Shown here one piece after another: positions 14,006 to 27,533 of a DNA stretch of 64,000 nucleotides (position 1 is its first letter; each line of letters starts with the position of its first letter). The stretch lies in contig NIVC01002439.1 of the NCBI GenBank assembly GCA_002269645.1, forward strand, positions 62,001-126,000. The letters are read 5' to 3'. A program made the position numbers and the translations under genes. The notes under the pieces are model-generated. The model searched no databases. It was not told the DNA's origin and was given only the letters and a program-made list of their open reading frames with translations. The stretch comes from Macrostomum lignano (taxonomy: Eukaryota).

Positions 14006-14203
14006 CGGAAATATGAAGATGAAGACCGCGGCGAGACTGCCCAGCAAGCTGATGACGTCACCAATGTTGGGGATGAGCACGGCCAGCAGCAGGGTGAGGC
14101 CGAACCAGACGATTGTGACGCCGAATCGCCGGACTCGCTCGGTGCGGCAAATTCTGTCCGGTCGAGGCGCAGCAGCGGCAAAGCGACGCTGTCCAGGGCA
14201 GCG
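14006..14203 (-). CDS. SLC38A7: SLC38A7-like exon 6 (needs two +1 corrections to keep frame)
   Basis: [20 protein letters not shown] / [47 protein letters not shown] matches SNAT7 (VWF.LTLLLA..IP.IG.VIS..G.LAA.FIF.FP); acceptor CCGCAG|, donor |GTGCGG. Confidence 0.78.
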
Positions 14204-14344
14204 CTGCGGCGGTGATGGGACGCGATTAGCGCATAGTAACAGTGAAGCAACAGCATAGCAACAGCGAGTTTTTCATTAACATTGTGGCATACTTTTAGAA
14301 AGTGTTATTGGAAACTTGAAGGATGGGTCAACAGAAGATCGAAT

Positions 14345-14906
14345 TGAGGCAAGGGACGGAGGGCCAAGCTTGAGGCAAGGGACGGAGGGCCAAGCTTGAG
14401 GCAAGGGACGGAGGGCCAAGCTTGAGGCAAGGGACGGAGGGCCAAGCTTGAGGCAAGGGACGGAGGGCCAAGCTTGAGGTAAGGGACGGAGGGCCAAGCT
14501 TGAGGCAAGGGACGGAGGACAAAGCTTGAGGCAAGGGACGGAGGGCCAAGCTTGAGGTAAGGGACGGAGGGCCAAGCTTGAGGCAAGGGACGGAGGGCCA
14601 AGCTTGAGGCAAGGGACGGAGGGCCAAGCTTGAGGCAAGGGACGGAGGGCCAAGCTTGAGGCAAGGGACGGAGGGCCAAGCTTGAGGCAAGGGACGGAGG
14701 ACAAAGCTTGAGGCAAGGGACGGAGGGCCAAGCTTGAGGCAAGGGACGGAGGGCCAAGCTTGAGGCAAGGGACGGAGGGCAAGCTTGAGGCAAGGGACGG
14801 AGGCCAAGCTTGAGGCAAGGGACGGAGGGCCAAGCTTGAGGCAAGGGACGGAGGGCCAAGCTTGAGGCAAGGGACGGAGGGCCAAGCTTGAGGCAAGGGA
14901 CGGAGG
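14345..14906. repeat. 26-bp minisatellite
   Basis: Unit AAGCTTGAGGCAAGGGACGGAGGGCC, about 21 copies. Confidence 0.93.
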
Positions 14907-15532
14907 GTAAAATTCCGGTCAAGGTCATTTGACAAATTTAAATTCTTTGACAGCCTTGATATACTTGTAAGTATTCGTGAATGCTCCCTAAGCTCTAATT
15001 GAATGGCTACTTCTGTACCCCCGCTGTGTGCACATGTTACTTAAAGCAGATTTACATAAAGTACACAAAGTTCTTATGCAGTTGCGCACAAATAGCTAGA
15101 ACTACAATTACACTGTATAAATAGCTTTCAGTGAAAGAAGCGGCCGCCACCACTCCCCTCTCCCAGATCCGAGGGCAGCGAAGTGTCTTGTTAGTCCCAT
15201 ATTATCCGCATGGCTAGGAAAGTTGCGACGGAGCTCAGCGATCGGCACTCGTGCTCTGGCCTCCCTGGGTGAATGCGGCACTGCATAATTTAACATCGGG
15301 GGTTGGGGGTCGGACTTCAACCTAGCCGTCAGTGTCGAGTTCGGGGACAGCTTCATAATCCGCACTGGTGTGACGGATACTTGCAAATGGGAGAGGGGAT
15401 ATGGACAGTCTGGATAGAAGCTGCAATGCGGAACAGGCTCGCAATAAAGCTGCATCATGCAGATGCCAGCTGTCCACTTCCCTACTGCTTAGAGGCCTGA
15501 CCTGAAATGCGAGTTTCCACTTGCTAGTAACA

Positions 15533-17030
15533 GTTCAAGTCAGTTCAGTTAGCTAAGTTCAGCTGATACAGTTAGCTAATCTGCAGTTCAGCTGATACAG
15601 TTAGCTAATCTGCAGTTCAGCTGATACAGTTAGCTAATCTGCAGTTCAGCTGATACAGTTAGCTAATCTGCAGTTCAGCTGATACAGTTAGCTAATCTGC
15701 AGTTCAGCTGATACAGTTAGCTAATCTGCAGTTCAGCTGATACAGTTAGCTAATCTGCAGTTCAGCTGATACAGTTAGCTAATCTGCAGTTCAGCTGATA
15801 CAGTTAGCTAATCTGCAGTTCAGCTGATACAGTTAGCTAATCTGCAGTTCAGCTGATACAGTTAGCTAATCTGCAGTTCAGCTGATACAGTTAGCTAATC
15901 TGCAGTTCAGCTGATACAGTTAGCTAATCTGCAGTTCAGCTGATACAGTTAGCTAATCTGCAGTTCAGCTGATACAGTTAGCTAATCTGCAGTTCAGCTG
16001 ATACAGTTAGCTAATCTGCAGTTCAGCTGATACAGTTAGCTAATCTGCAGTTCAGCTGATACAGTTAGCTAATCTGCAGTTCAGCTGATACAGTTAGCTA
16101 ATCTGCAGTTCAGCTGATACAGTTAGCTAATCTGCAGTTCAGCTGATACAGTTAGCTAATCTGCAGTTCAGCTGATACAGTTAGCTAATCTGCAGTTCAG
16201 CTGATACAGTTAGCTAATCTGCAGTTCAGCTGATACAGTTAGCTAATCTGCAGTTCAGCTGATACAGTTAGCTAATCTGCAGTTCAGCTGATACAGTTAG
16301 CTAATCTGCAGTTCAGTTGATACAGTTAGCTAAGTTCAGCTGATACAGTTAGCTAATCTGCAGTTCAGCTGATACAGTTAGCTAATCTGCAGTTCAGTTG
16401 ATACAGTTAGCTAAGTTCAGCTGATACAGTTAGCTAATCTGCAGTTCAGTTGATACAGTTAGCTAATCTGCAGTTCAGTTGATACAGTTAGCTAATCTGC
16501 AGTTCAGCTGATACAGTTAGCTAATCTGCAGTTCAGTTGATACAGTTAGCTAAGTTCAGCTGATACAGTTAGCTAATCTGCAGTTCAGCTGATACAGTTA
16601 GCTAATCTGCAGTTCAGTTGATACAGTTAGCTAAGTTCAGCTGATACAGTTAGCTAATCTGCAGTTCAGCTGATACAGTTAGCTAATCTGCAGTTCAGCT
16701 GATACAGTTAGCTAATCTGCAGTTCAGCTGATACAGTTAGCTAATCTGCAGTTCAGTTGATACAGTTAGCTAAGTTCAGCTGATACAGTTAGCTAATCTG
16801 CAGTTCAGTTGATACAGTTAGCTAAGTTCAGCTGATACAGTTAGCTAATCTGCAGTTCAGCTGATACAGTTAGCTAATCTGCAGTTAGTTGATACTAAAG
16901 TTCAGCTGATACAGTTAGCTAATCTGCAGTTCAGTTATACAGTTAGCTAATTCAGCTGATACAGTTAGCTAATCTGCAGTTCAGTTGATACAGTTAGCTA
17001 ATCTGCAGTTCAGCTTACAGTTAGCTAACC
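15533..17030. repeat. 29-bp minisatellite, highly homogeneous
   Basis: Unit AGTTCAGCTGATACAGTTAGCTAATCTGC, about 50 copies. Confidence 0.95.
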
Positions 17031-18010
17031 AGCATTAAGCTTTCAATGTTCAGGCAACCCTTCTTCCCGATTAAAAGAGAATTTCATGGCTTATTCAGGG
17101 AAAAAATACTCAAAACTTGGACTTTCATTCGTTTTAATTTTCAATAGATTTCATTTTCAATGCTTTTAATACTTGAAGCAACCATTAAGCATGGCCCCGC
17201 AAGTCTATCTGTTACGCGCTATGAATAGGAGAGGCATCTTCCTGGACACGCAGACTCCCGATTGTGAGCCAGTGTTAAAGAAAGCAAATAACCTTGGCCC
17301 TTTGAAGGATTTGCTCGTAGTTAGTCATCGCCATTCACCCAAGCCTAGGCGGCGAACCTTCTGTCTGATCAACTGAAATTCAAGCCGGATGGCTTCGGGA
17401 AAATCCCCTAGCTAGTATCTGGAGCAGAATTGTGGACTCCGGCTCCCAGCCAGCCAGACGAAGCAAAAGAAGGAAGAACTCCTCTGGCGGGGCAAGCAAA
17501 CAGAGAAATTAAGAAGAAGCGGGGCGCGGATGCATCGCAATCGATTATTGCGCCCCGCGAACCCGGCTCTCTGGCAAGACAAGAAAAGAATAGCTAACAC
17601 AAATAGTGCACCAGACTATACGGAGGGAACCGACCCTTAGCATCAAGCGGCCCACTGCGCTGGCGTGTTGCAAGTTCACGGTGCGCGCAACTGGGCCAAT
17701 CAGGGGCTGGCGACCTCCGGCTGGCAAAGAGCCCAACTGCACGGCCAGCCATTGGACTAAGGCTCGGGCATAAAGCACTGGGTTACTGGGCGCGGAGTAA
17801 CCGGGATCCAACTCTGCAACCGGGCCAAAATACCGGCAATAACAAAACTCTGCACAATCTGGCACACAGAGAGTCCAATAATTAGCTAATTAATACAGAA
17901 GGTGCACCGCAGCTCGGTGGCTGAGCCTAAGCAGTTCAGCCGGACGCACCGCCAGCAAAGCCACACGCGGTTTCTTAGAATTCCGAATTGATTTCTCTCG
18001 AGAATCGGGG

Positions 18011-18691
18011 ATGAAGAACACGGTGCAGCTGGTCAGGTGCGGCAACCTGATGGCGGCCGCCGCCACCCCAGGCCTGGACCCGTGCGGCGGCGGCCTCGGC
18101 TTCAGCATGGATGGCAACGGAGGGGCCGGCGGCAACGGCAACAGCGGCAGCGCAGGCGAATCGGCCCGAGTGCCAGGCCGACGCGAGGTGATGCTGCGCG
18201 GCCACATCAATCATTTCACCAGCTCAACTACTGCTCACGGGCTCAACCGGGCGAACTCGGAGCAGAGCTGGGTCCGCATGGTGTGGGTGGGCATTGTGCT
18301 GGCCGCATCGCTTGGCGCTATTGTGCACACGACAAAGCAGGTGACCACCTATCTGCAGTACCCAGTGAGCAGTACAAACCGGCAGGAGCCAAACAGTTTC
18401 GAGTTTCCCGACCTGACATTCTGCGACCCGCTCAACAAGCGCTTTTTTCACTATCAGGCAGTGAAATACGCGGAATCAATAAATAAACTGGACGAGGTCC
18501 GAGTTCTGTACAGCCTTGTGTACAGCCACTTCCGTACAGAATCAGACTGGCGCAAGGAGCGCCGAGCGATAGAGCTAGTTTACAATGCATTTGAGCACGT
18601 GCTCAACATCACGAATTTGAATATTCGGCCGTTGGATGTTGTGCTCTACTGTACATTTGATGGAGAGCTGTGCGACCACCACAACTTTCAG
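18011..18691 (+). CDS. DEG/ENaC family channel (FaNaC-like) exon 1
   Basis: FTSSTTAHGL (HG gating motif), TM1 RMVWVGIVLAASLGAIVH, YLQYPVSS, FEFPDLTFCDP, YCTFDGELC; donor CAG|GTTGGA, phase 0. Confidence 0.9.
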
Positions 18692-18719
18692 GTTGGAGCC
18701 GATGTTTAACTCATATAGT

Positions 18720-18955
18720 ATTTTTTTATCAGAGACAGGGGGGTTGTGTGCACCCTGGCGCACTTTAAGCGACATAGGCACACAACCGGCGAGAGGCATT
18801 ACTGCCCATTCCGCCCACTCCCCTGAGCAGGCACACAAGCGCGCGGATACGTACGCAGGCACACACTCACACCGGAGTGTACAGCGGCCCTAACTTTATA
18901 TTATCGTTAGGCATGTACACTTCACTGCGCCTTGGGAGGTTGGCTCCCAAGGCTG
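18720..18955 (-). mobile_element. SINE family A, 5'-truncated copy in ENaC intron 1
   Basis: Matches the 3' two-thirds of the 52199 copy (GTGCACACAACCCCCC end, GTGTACATGCCTAAC hairpin). Confidence 0.85.
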
Positions 18956-19393
18956 TCATGTAGTAATCCTCAATATTAATCCTAGTTTAGTATTAGCATA
19001 GAAAATCATATAAATCATTCTTAATATTTCAAATGCCTCGATAAAATGGGAGATAGCCCGTCATATCGGTGACTATCTAAAAAATTTTAGTCAATGCTCA
19101 GTAGCTTTGCAAACGAGCCGGGACTCTGGAAGTTTCCCGGAATTTGTCAACCGCCTGCCCTGTTCTCCCGGCATCCGGCCGCCTGTCAGGACCAGCTATA
19201 ACTGGCTGTTGGCGCTTTAGCAGGAGCTCCACAAGCTGAGCTGAAGTGTAGTTGATCAGTCAGGATCAGCTGCGCTCGCTTCAGAGCAGACACTAGCCGG
19301 GAACTGCTTCAACTCCTAGCTCACCAATAGGTCGTTAAAACAGTAAAAACAGCAGCTTAAATGCATCGCTTTTTTGCCCGATCTCGCTCGCAG

Positions 19394-20486
19394 GTGTTCT
19401 ACCACCGACTGTACACCAACTGCTTCACCTTCAAGCCACGTGTGCGCAGTCTGCGTAGCAGCGGCATGGACCGGGGCCTCTTCCTGTTGCTCTATGTGCC
19501 ATCCGCTGACATCAACCTGAAGTTGGACAGCCTCGCCAGGCTGGCTTCGGGCCTCGAGAACAACGGCATCAGGTTCCAAATCCACCAGCGGGACACCATC
19601 CCGCACCCGCTGGAGTACGGCATCATGGCACCCACTGGCACCCTGACCGCTGTGGGCCTCGAACAGGTGCGAACTTCTCTGGCCGACACGCCCACGCATC
19701 CTTGCGTCCGGGATACAAAATTGCGATTATTCGACAATCAGTTCGACTTTATGCGCCAGTATGACAGGCAGCTGTTCGATTGCATTAAGCACGAGTACCA
19801 CCAGACTGTGCGCGAGCAGTGCGGCTGCATACTGGAAGGCCATGTGATCGTGGAGCCCGGGTTCAACCCTAGAGACGTGAGGTTCTGCCACGATCTGATC
19901 AGCTCAAAGAATGCCAGCCGAGTGCAGGCGGTGACGCGGCTGTTCCAAGCCGAGATGAACAAAACGCATTCGCCGGCAGCCCTGTCAGACTTCATTCAGC
20001 TCGGCCTGCAGATGCGCCAGCAAGATCCCGCGCTCAACGAATCGCTGGACCGGATGCTGTGCTCGGACAATGTCACTGAGAGCGCCGTGAGGCCCCAGCG
20101 CTGCTACGACTCGTGCAACTACAACAAGTACGAGTACAGCCTGTCCCAGTGCCCTTGGCCGGAGGACTCATTCGAGGTGCGCAACGCCCAAATACAGATG
20201 GTGAAGATCGCGCAGATGCTAGACGAATACAAAGCATTGCACGAAAACATAATCCCGAAGCCGGCGCTGCTGCAATCGATGCAAAAGAGCAGCCTCAACA
20301 CCAACAGCTGTCAAACGTTCAACACACAGCGGATGGAGGTGCCGGACAAGAAGGACTGCAGCCGGGTCCAGCTTTTCGTGCGTCGCTCGGTTGTGCAGCT
20401 GCGCGTCTACCCGGAGACGCTCACCGTGCGGCACACCATCGAGGAGCGCAACTATGAGCTGGTCAACCTCTGCTCCGACCTGGGCG
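19394..20486 (+). CDS. DEG/ENaC channel exon 2
   Basis: Acceptor CTCGCAG|; YTNCFTF, GLFLLLYV, GIRFQIHQRDTIP, Cys-rich thumb, YSLSQCPWP, VVQLRVY, ELVNLCSDLGG; donor G|GTGAGC, phase 1. Confidence 0.92.
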
Positions 20487-20556
20487 GTGAGCGGCCCTAT
20501 TATCTGATTGATATCTCGTCTTTTAGACGACTTACTTCGAGGGCATCTTATAGTTG

Positions 20557-20965
20557 AGATGAGTCTTTGATAGACACCCCATCTCATAATTGATAGACAC
20601 CCCATCTCATAATTGATAGACACCCCATCTCATAATTGATAGACACCCCATCTCATAATTGATAGACACCCCGTCTCATAATTGATAGACACCCCATCTC
20701 ATAATTGATAGACACCCCATCTCATAATTGATAGACACCCCATCTCATAATTGATAGACACCCCATCTCATAATTGATAGACACCCCATCTCATATTTGA
20801 TAGACACCCCATCTCATAATTAATAGACACCCCATCTCATAATTGATAGACACCCCATCTCATATTTGATAGACACCCCATCTCATAATTAATAGACACC
20901 CCATCTCATAATTGATAGACACCCCATCTCATAATTGATAGACACCCCATCTCATATTTGATAGA
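20557..20965. repeat. 23-bp minisatellite (ENaC intron 2)
   Basis: Unit TGATAGACACCCCATCTCATAAT, about 17 copies. Confidence 0.93.
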
Positions 20966-21539
20966 AACCTCACCCCTCTGATTTCAAGGCCAAAGACACA
21001 TATCATATTTGACAGAAACCTTAGGCACCTCATATTTCGGGCCGCTTGCAAAACAATTTGAACCACTGTGGAGTAGCAGGGAATTGTAAAAGGCGCAACA
21101 GCGTGAAGATGGATAGCCAGACGGAGTCCCACGGAGTCCCATTGGAGAGACGGGGAAAGAAAATGCAGACACAAACAAGCGATGATGAGCTGCCACCCGA
21201 TTCCGTATTGAAGAGCTGGTCGACCCGGCCCGGCCTGCATGAATTATTGCCAAAGGCTCCGCTATTCTTGCCGTTATTGCTTGTCCTGCCCCGCCGGCCA
21301 CACAAGTAGCTGAGGACGACAGCCAGGTAGCTCGTATTGGCAGGCATGAAGGGGGCTTGAAGCAATGAAGACAGCCCCAGAGAGAGACAACAGAGTGAAG
21401 GAATGACACTGGGAAGCGTAAAGTGATTTCTACTCAGAGCTGAGAAGGCTCTTAGAAATTGGAGCGCATGCAACAATAGTTGCAGGAGGGCTGCGGGCGA
21501 AACAATTCTGTCCATTCCGCTGACTCCTCCTGAGCCAAT

Positions 21540-21700
21540 GCTGTACGCAGGCGCGCACTCGTACACCGCTCACGCAGGGTGTACAACGGCCCCGACTTTC
21601 CAATCGACAGGCATGTACACTCTCTATGTGCCTTGGGGGGCCCTCAGGGCTGTGAATCGCACGGCCAACCCCCGGGCCAATTTTGCAAACACACAAGCCC
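21540..21700 (-). mobile_element. Diverged SINE family A fragment
   Basis: GTGTACAACGGCCCCGACTTTCC..GACAGGCATGTACAC..GTGCCTTGGGGG aligns with the family A body. Confidence 0.65.
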
Positions 21701-22074
21701 CAAATGAATGCGGCCGCGCGAGAGTCAGACGCGCTAACCTCAGAGCTGCCCCGCCCCCTGGCATTAGCATAAGTGCCAGCATAAGTACTATATATACACT
21801 ATATATATACATGACATATCTCGCGTATACTTAGGCACGAGACACTGTCACACGCGCGTAAAGTGCGTCTCGTTCCATGACAGCAGTTAAGCCCAGGCCC
21901 CATAGTTAGGGCTCTGGTGATGCTGCCGCTGCTGCCTGAGCTCCACCGACCGTCTTTGAAGACTAAGCTCTATTTATTATTAAGCAGCACAAAATACTGC
22001 ATAGCGTGGAGGGACTGCCGCATGTCACATCCGCAGTTTGGTCATTAAGAAAGGCAGACGCTGTCAGGAAGAGG

Positions 22075-22142
22075 GCGGGCAGTGGCTCAGCAGATATCCT
22101 GCCTAGTGCTCGTGAGACGGGGCTCGATTCCAGGTGGAGCTT
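22075..22142 (+). mobile_element. tRNA-like SINE head fragment
   Basis: TGGCTCAGCAG (A-box-like) and GGGCTCGATTCC (B box, as in family A). Confidence 0.45.
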
Positions 22143-22145
22143 CAA

Positions 22146-23180
22146 ACAGATCGGACAGTACCATACAGGAGTGACAGCAGTCCCAATGAGTGACAGATCG
22201 GAGTGACAGCAGACCCAATGAGTGACAGATCGGACAGCACCATACAGGAGTGACAGCAGTCCCAATGAGTGACAGATCGGACAGCACCATACAGGAGTGA
22301 CAGCAGACCCAATGAGTGACGGATCGGACAGCACCATACAGGAGTGACAGCAGTCCCAATGAGTGACAGATCGGACAGCACCATACAGGAGTGACAGCAG
22401 TCCCAATGAGTGACAGATCGGACAGCACCATACAGGAGTGACAGCAGTCCCAATGAGTGACGGATCGGACAGCACCATACAGGAGTGACAGCAGACCCAA
22501 TGAGTGACAGATCGGACAGCACCATACAGGAGTGACAGCAGTCCCAATGAGTGACAGATCGGACAGCACCATACAGTAGTGACAGCAGTCCCAATGAGTG
22601 ACAGATCGGACAGCACCATACAGGAGTGACAGCAGTCCCAATGAGTGACGGATCGGACAGCACCATACAGGAGGGACAGCAGTCCCAATGAGTGACACAG
22701 ATCGGACAGCACCATACAGGAGTGACAGCAGTCCCAATGAGTGACGGATCGGACAGCACCATACAGGAGGGACAGCAGTCCCAAGAGTGACAGATCGGAC
22801 AGCACCATACAGGAGTGACAGCAGACCCAATGAGTGACAGATCGGACAGCACCATACAGGAGTGACGGCAGACCCAATGAGTGACAGATCGGACAGCACC
22901 ATACAGGAGTGACAGCAGTCCCAATGAGTGACGGATCGGACAGCACCATACAGGAGGGACAGCAGTCCCAATGAGTGACACAGATCGGACAGCACCATAC
23001 AGGAGTGACAGCAGACCCAATGAGTGACAGATCGGACAGTACCATACAGGAGTGACAGCAGACCCAATGAGTGACAGATCGGACAGCACCATACAGGAGT
23101 GACAGCAGTCCCAATGAGTGACAGATCGGACAGCACCATACAGGAGTGACAGCAGTCCCAAGAGTGACAGATCGGACATA
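22146..23180. repeat. 47-bp minisatellite
   Basis: Unit ACAGATCGGACAGCACCATACAGGAGTGACAGCAGTCCCAATGAGTG, about 21 copies. Confidence 0.93.
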
Positions 23181-23606
23181 TACCATTAGAGTTACACAGT
23201 TAATGGCGAGTAGGCTGGCCAGTCGGAAATTCCCCATCCCGAGCAAGCAGTCAGATGCTCAATAGCCGTTTAGCCCAGATATTGCATCGAGATAGTGAAA
23301 ATTCCAATTTGAGAAACCAAATGGGAAAAAAACAGGGAAGAGGAGGCGAGCTGCGGAAGGGAGAATAAAAATCAAAGAAATAGGGAAAATTCAAGCGAGA
23401 AGATATATCTCGATCGGGAGAGTGCTAGCAGATTCGAGCTGATAAACCTCAGATTTGCACACGCGGAGGCTGAAATTGCCGCCCACTTTAATTCCCGACT
23501 CGCCTGGAGCCATCAGCGAAACTGCCAGGACGCTTCGCCTTCAGGAGAACCGAAATAAGAAAATGCATTGCAGTCATATAGGCAGGGAAGGAAAAATTCT
23601 GTGTCC

Positions 23607-24068
23607 TGTCCTGTCCAGTGCAGGGATGGGATCCTGTCCAGTGCAGGTATGGGATCCTGTCCAGTGCAGGGATGGGATCCTGTTCAGTGCAGGGATGGGA
23701 TCCTGTCCAGTGCAGGGATGGGATCCTGTCCAGTGCAGGGATGGGATCCTGTCCAGTGCAGGGATGGGATCCTGTTCAGTGCAGGGATGGGATCCTGTCC
23801 AGTGCAGGTATGGGATCCTGTCCAGTGCAGGGATGGGATCCTGTCCAGTGCAGGGATTGGATCCTGTCCAGTGCAGGGATGGGATCCTGTCCAGTGCAGG
23901 GATGGGATCCTGTCCAGTGCAGGGATGGGATCCTGTCCAGTGCAGGGATGGGATCCTGTCCAGTGCAGGGATGGGATCCTGTTCAGTGCAGGGATGGGAT
24001 CCTGTCCAGTGCAGGTATGGGATCCTGTCCAGTGCAGGGATGGGATCCTGTCCAGTGCACAGATGGGA
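23607..24068. repeat. 23-bp minisatellite
   Basis: Unit CCTGTCCAGTGCAGGGATGGGAT, about 20 copies. Confidence 0.93.
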
Positions 24069-24999
24069 CCCACTTCTCAAGCACAGCGGCGTGATGACTC
24101 GGAGAGACACCGTGGGGATGGTATGGGAAGAATCCGGGCTCTACTGGCCGGCCGGATGAGAAATCCCCAAGTGCATTCTGTCCCCCGCTAGCACCGGAAG
24201 CAGGCCCGATGCCCGGGGCGCGCGCACCTCAGAAGCGGCCGAGGCCCGGCGCAGCGCAGATGCAAATCGCAAGCGGAGGACAGACTACTCAGTGAGGCGG
24301 CTCGGGTGGCGGCAGGCTAATTTATTGGCGACCCCAGTGCTGCTCAGTATTATAATCAGGACTGAACAAACAGCCCAGCACGCCCCGCTGACTACATGGC
24401 TGGCTAACTAAGAATTGAATACGGCTCTTCCCAAGGCGAAATTGTCCTTAGCTGCTGAATTTGCTGGCCAGGACTCCGGGAGAAACTAAGCAGGATTAGG
24501 CCGGCGCTAGTCGACAGCGGGCGGGTCTGACAGATCCTGTGTCACTCCGCTCTTCACTGCAGTAGGCTTAACTTCCTACAGCTAGTCTGTAAATGATTTC
24601 TTTCACTAACTATACAGTCAGTGCAGTTAAAAGGATTAATAGATAATAACTCGGCTAAGTTCAACTTGTGCAATAGTTATTTGGCTAGCAAAAATGCACT
24701 AAACAGAAGGTCGGCTCTGTTATACAGTGTAAGTTTAAGCCTAGGAGTACAAAGCGGCGACTTCTGCAATCCGCCCTCACTGAGGGTAGCTGACAAGAAA
24801 CTAATAAGCTCGGAGACTCACTAGGTGGTAGCCCATATTCAATATGAGGTCGCAGAAGACTGACTTTACTGAACTTTATTGTTCTCCTGACTGTGATTAC
24901 TTTTTGCTGTATATTATTATAATATCCGTGGGATTATCAGCCTTCTAAACAGTCAGTACAAATGTTATTCATCTATGTATTTATCTGCACATGGTGAAT

Positions 25000-25762
25000 A
25001 GTCTACAGGTATGTTCAAATCCACATAATAGTGAATAGTCTATGGTCAAAGCCACTTGATATTCAATAGTCTATGGTCAAATCCTCACAATAGTGAATAG
25101 TCTATGGTCAAAGCCACTTAATATTGAATAGTCTATGGTCAAAGCCATTTAATAGTGAATAGAAAAATGAAGCTTAACACCAACATACAAGTAAATTTAC
25201 TCAGTGCCAGTGAGATGAGGATAATAGTGAATAGTCTATGGTCAAAGCCACATAATAGTGAATAGTCTATGGTCAAAGCCACATAATAGTGAATAGTCTA
25301 TGGTCAAAGCCACATAATAGTGAATAGTCTATGGTCAAAGCCACATAATAGTGAATAGTCTATGGTCAAAGCCACATAATAGTGAATAGTCTATGGTCAA
25401 AGCCACATAATAGTGAATAGTCTATGGTCAAAGCCACATAATAGTGAATAGTCTATGGTCAAAGCCACATAATAGTGAATAGTCTATGGTCAAAGCCACA
25501 TAATAGTGAATAGTCTATGGTCAAAGCCACATAATAGTGAATAGTCTATGGTCAAAGCCACATAATAGTGAATAGTCTATGGTCAAAGCCACATAATAGT
25601 GAATAGTCTATGGTCAAAGCCACATAATAGTGAATAGTCTATGGTCAAAGCCACATAATAGTGAATAGTCTATGGTCAAAGCCACATAATAGTGAATAGT
25701 CTATGGTCAAAGCCACATAATAGTGAATAGTCTATGGTCATAATAGTGAATAGTCTATGGTC
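25000..25762. repeat. 31-bp minisatellite
   Basis: Unit AATAGTGAATAGTCTATGGTCAAAGCCACAT; regular at 25222-25760 and degenerate upstream. Confidence 0.92.
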
Positions 25763-26899
25763 GGCACCAACTGATGAGGTTAGAAAAAGTTTTTTTGGAG
25801 AACAATCGGTACCACGTAACATATGCTTTTCCCCCAAGTCGACTTCAAAGCTTAATTTTGCTAGCAGAAAGCAAGAATTCTCCAACATTCCTATGTAAAC
25901 CGGATACCTGACAGGGTAGGATGAATTGTATCAAGCTAAGAGCTGAGAGCCACTCTAATTTCTTTGACAGAACTTGGGAAAACTAGCAGGCGTCTGTCTG
26001 CACTTCTGCATTTTTTTCAGTTTCCGAGGGCCGGAAAAGATTGCTCTGAACTGCAGAACTCGCATATAAAAAATAAACATATTAGCTTGGAATCCTAAGT
26101 GGATGAAAAAATTCGATGCCGCACCAGCTTAAGAAGAAAATAAGCTGCCAATTCAGCAGCATCGATCCGAGTGCCAAGAGAGAGAGGGAGAGAGGGGGGA
26201 CTTGCGGCTCGGGCTATGCGACAGCACGCGCTAGAAACAATCCGCGAGAGAGGACTTGTCAAGCGCGTCAATGGACAAATATTGAGACCGCGGTAGTTAA
26301 GCGGGATTGCAAAGTCCGTCCTGCATGTGCCCTTACTCCCACGCCTCAGATTGGTCCCGTTTGTCCTCCTCTGCCCGACTCCAGCTTGCTCAGATCAGAT
26401 TGATGGAGCAGCAGCAGCAGCAGCCAGGCTGCACAGGCCAGGGAATGCCTGGCAGGGGAGGGAGAAGTTACTAAAGCGAAATTAGCCGCGTTAGTCGATG
26501 GTCCAATTTTACTGCCCCAATACCCGTCTGGGAGTAAGCGGCTCCTTGCTGTGTCTGTCAACCGGGATGCAGGCATGAGAGCCAGTGAGACCTGAGCTCG
26601 GGAGATTGATTGAAGGTGCACAGCTGACTGCACGAGCTGTAATAATATTCCAATTTGCCAGGCTCAGGCCGTCCAAGGTTTGGTCCGGAAATGGCGGCGG
26701 CTTGGCATGGGGCGACTCGGGAAGAGGAAGGCGGCAGGACAAGCGCCCGGCTGCGGGTTTCTTCACCAAAAATACTGAGGCCAATTTCTGCGGCGGAAAC
26801 TCTGCTTTTAAATGGGGATGAGAGAGTGTGGAAGAGGAAGAAGAAGTGAGAGATAGAAGTGTAAGACAGTGAAACGGGAGATCGAGGAAGTCAGTAGGG

Positions 26900-27533
26900 A
26901 GCCAGGGAAAGTGAAAATGGAGCCAGTGAGAGTGAAGAGGGAGCCAGTGAGAATGAAAAGGGAGCCAGTGAGAGTGAAAATGGAGCCACAGTGAGAGTGA
27001 AAAGGGAGCCAGTGAGAGTGAAAGGGAGCCAGTGAGAGTGAAAAGGGAGCCAGTGAGAGTGAAGAGGGAGCCAGTGAGAGTTAAAAGGCAGCCAGTGAGA
27101 GTGAAAATGGAGCCAGTGATAGTGAAAAGGCAGCCAGTGAGAGTGAAAATGGAGCCACAGTGAGAGTGAAAAGGGAGCCAGTGAGAGTGAAAAGGGAGCC
27201 AGTGAGAGTGAAAAGGGAGCCAGTGAGAGTGAAAAGGGAGCCAGTGAGAGTGAAAAGGGAGCCAGTGAGAGTGAAAATGGAGCCAGTGATAGTGAAAAGG
27301 CAGCCAGTGAGAGTGAAAAGGGAGCCAGTGAGAGTGAAAATGGAGCCACAGTGAGAGTGAAAAGGGAGCCAGTGATAGTGAAAAGGGAGCCACAGTGAGA
27401 GTGAAAAGGGAGCCACAGTGAGAGTGAAAAGGGAGCCAGTGAGAGTGAAAAGGGAGCCAGTGAGAGTGAAAAGGGAGCCAGTGAGAGTGAAAAGGGAGCC
27501 AGTGAGAGTGAAAAGGGAGCCAGTGAGAGTGAA
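26900..27533. repeat. 21-bp purine-rich minisatellite
   Basis: Unit GAGAGTGAAAAGGGAGCCAGT. Confidence 0.92.

Noticed and set aside
21030-21566. 178-aa minus-strand ORF in ENaC intron 2
   Set aside because: It begins in a SINE fragment and has no recognisable family motif or phase-consistent splice sites.
25762-25815. CTGATGAGGTTAGAAA minimal hammerhead candidate (also CTGATGA..CGAAA near 61535)
   Set aside because: Stem III and the UH site cannot be formed, and the 10.1-11.1 pair is missing.
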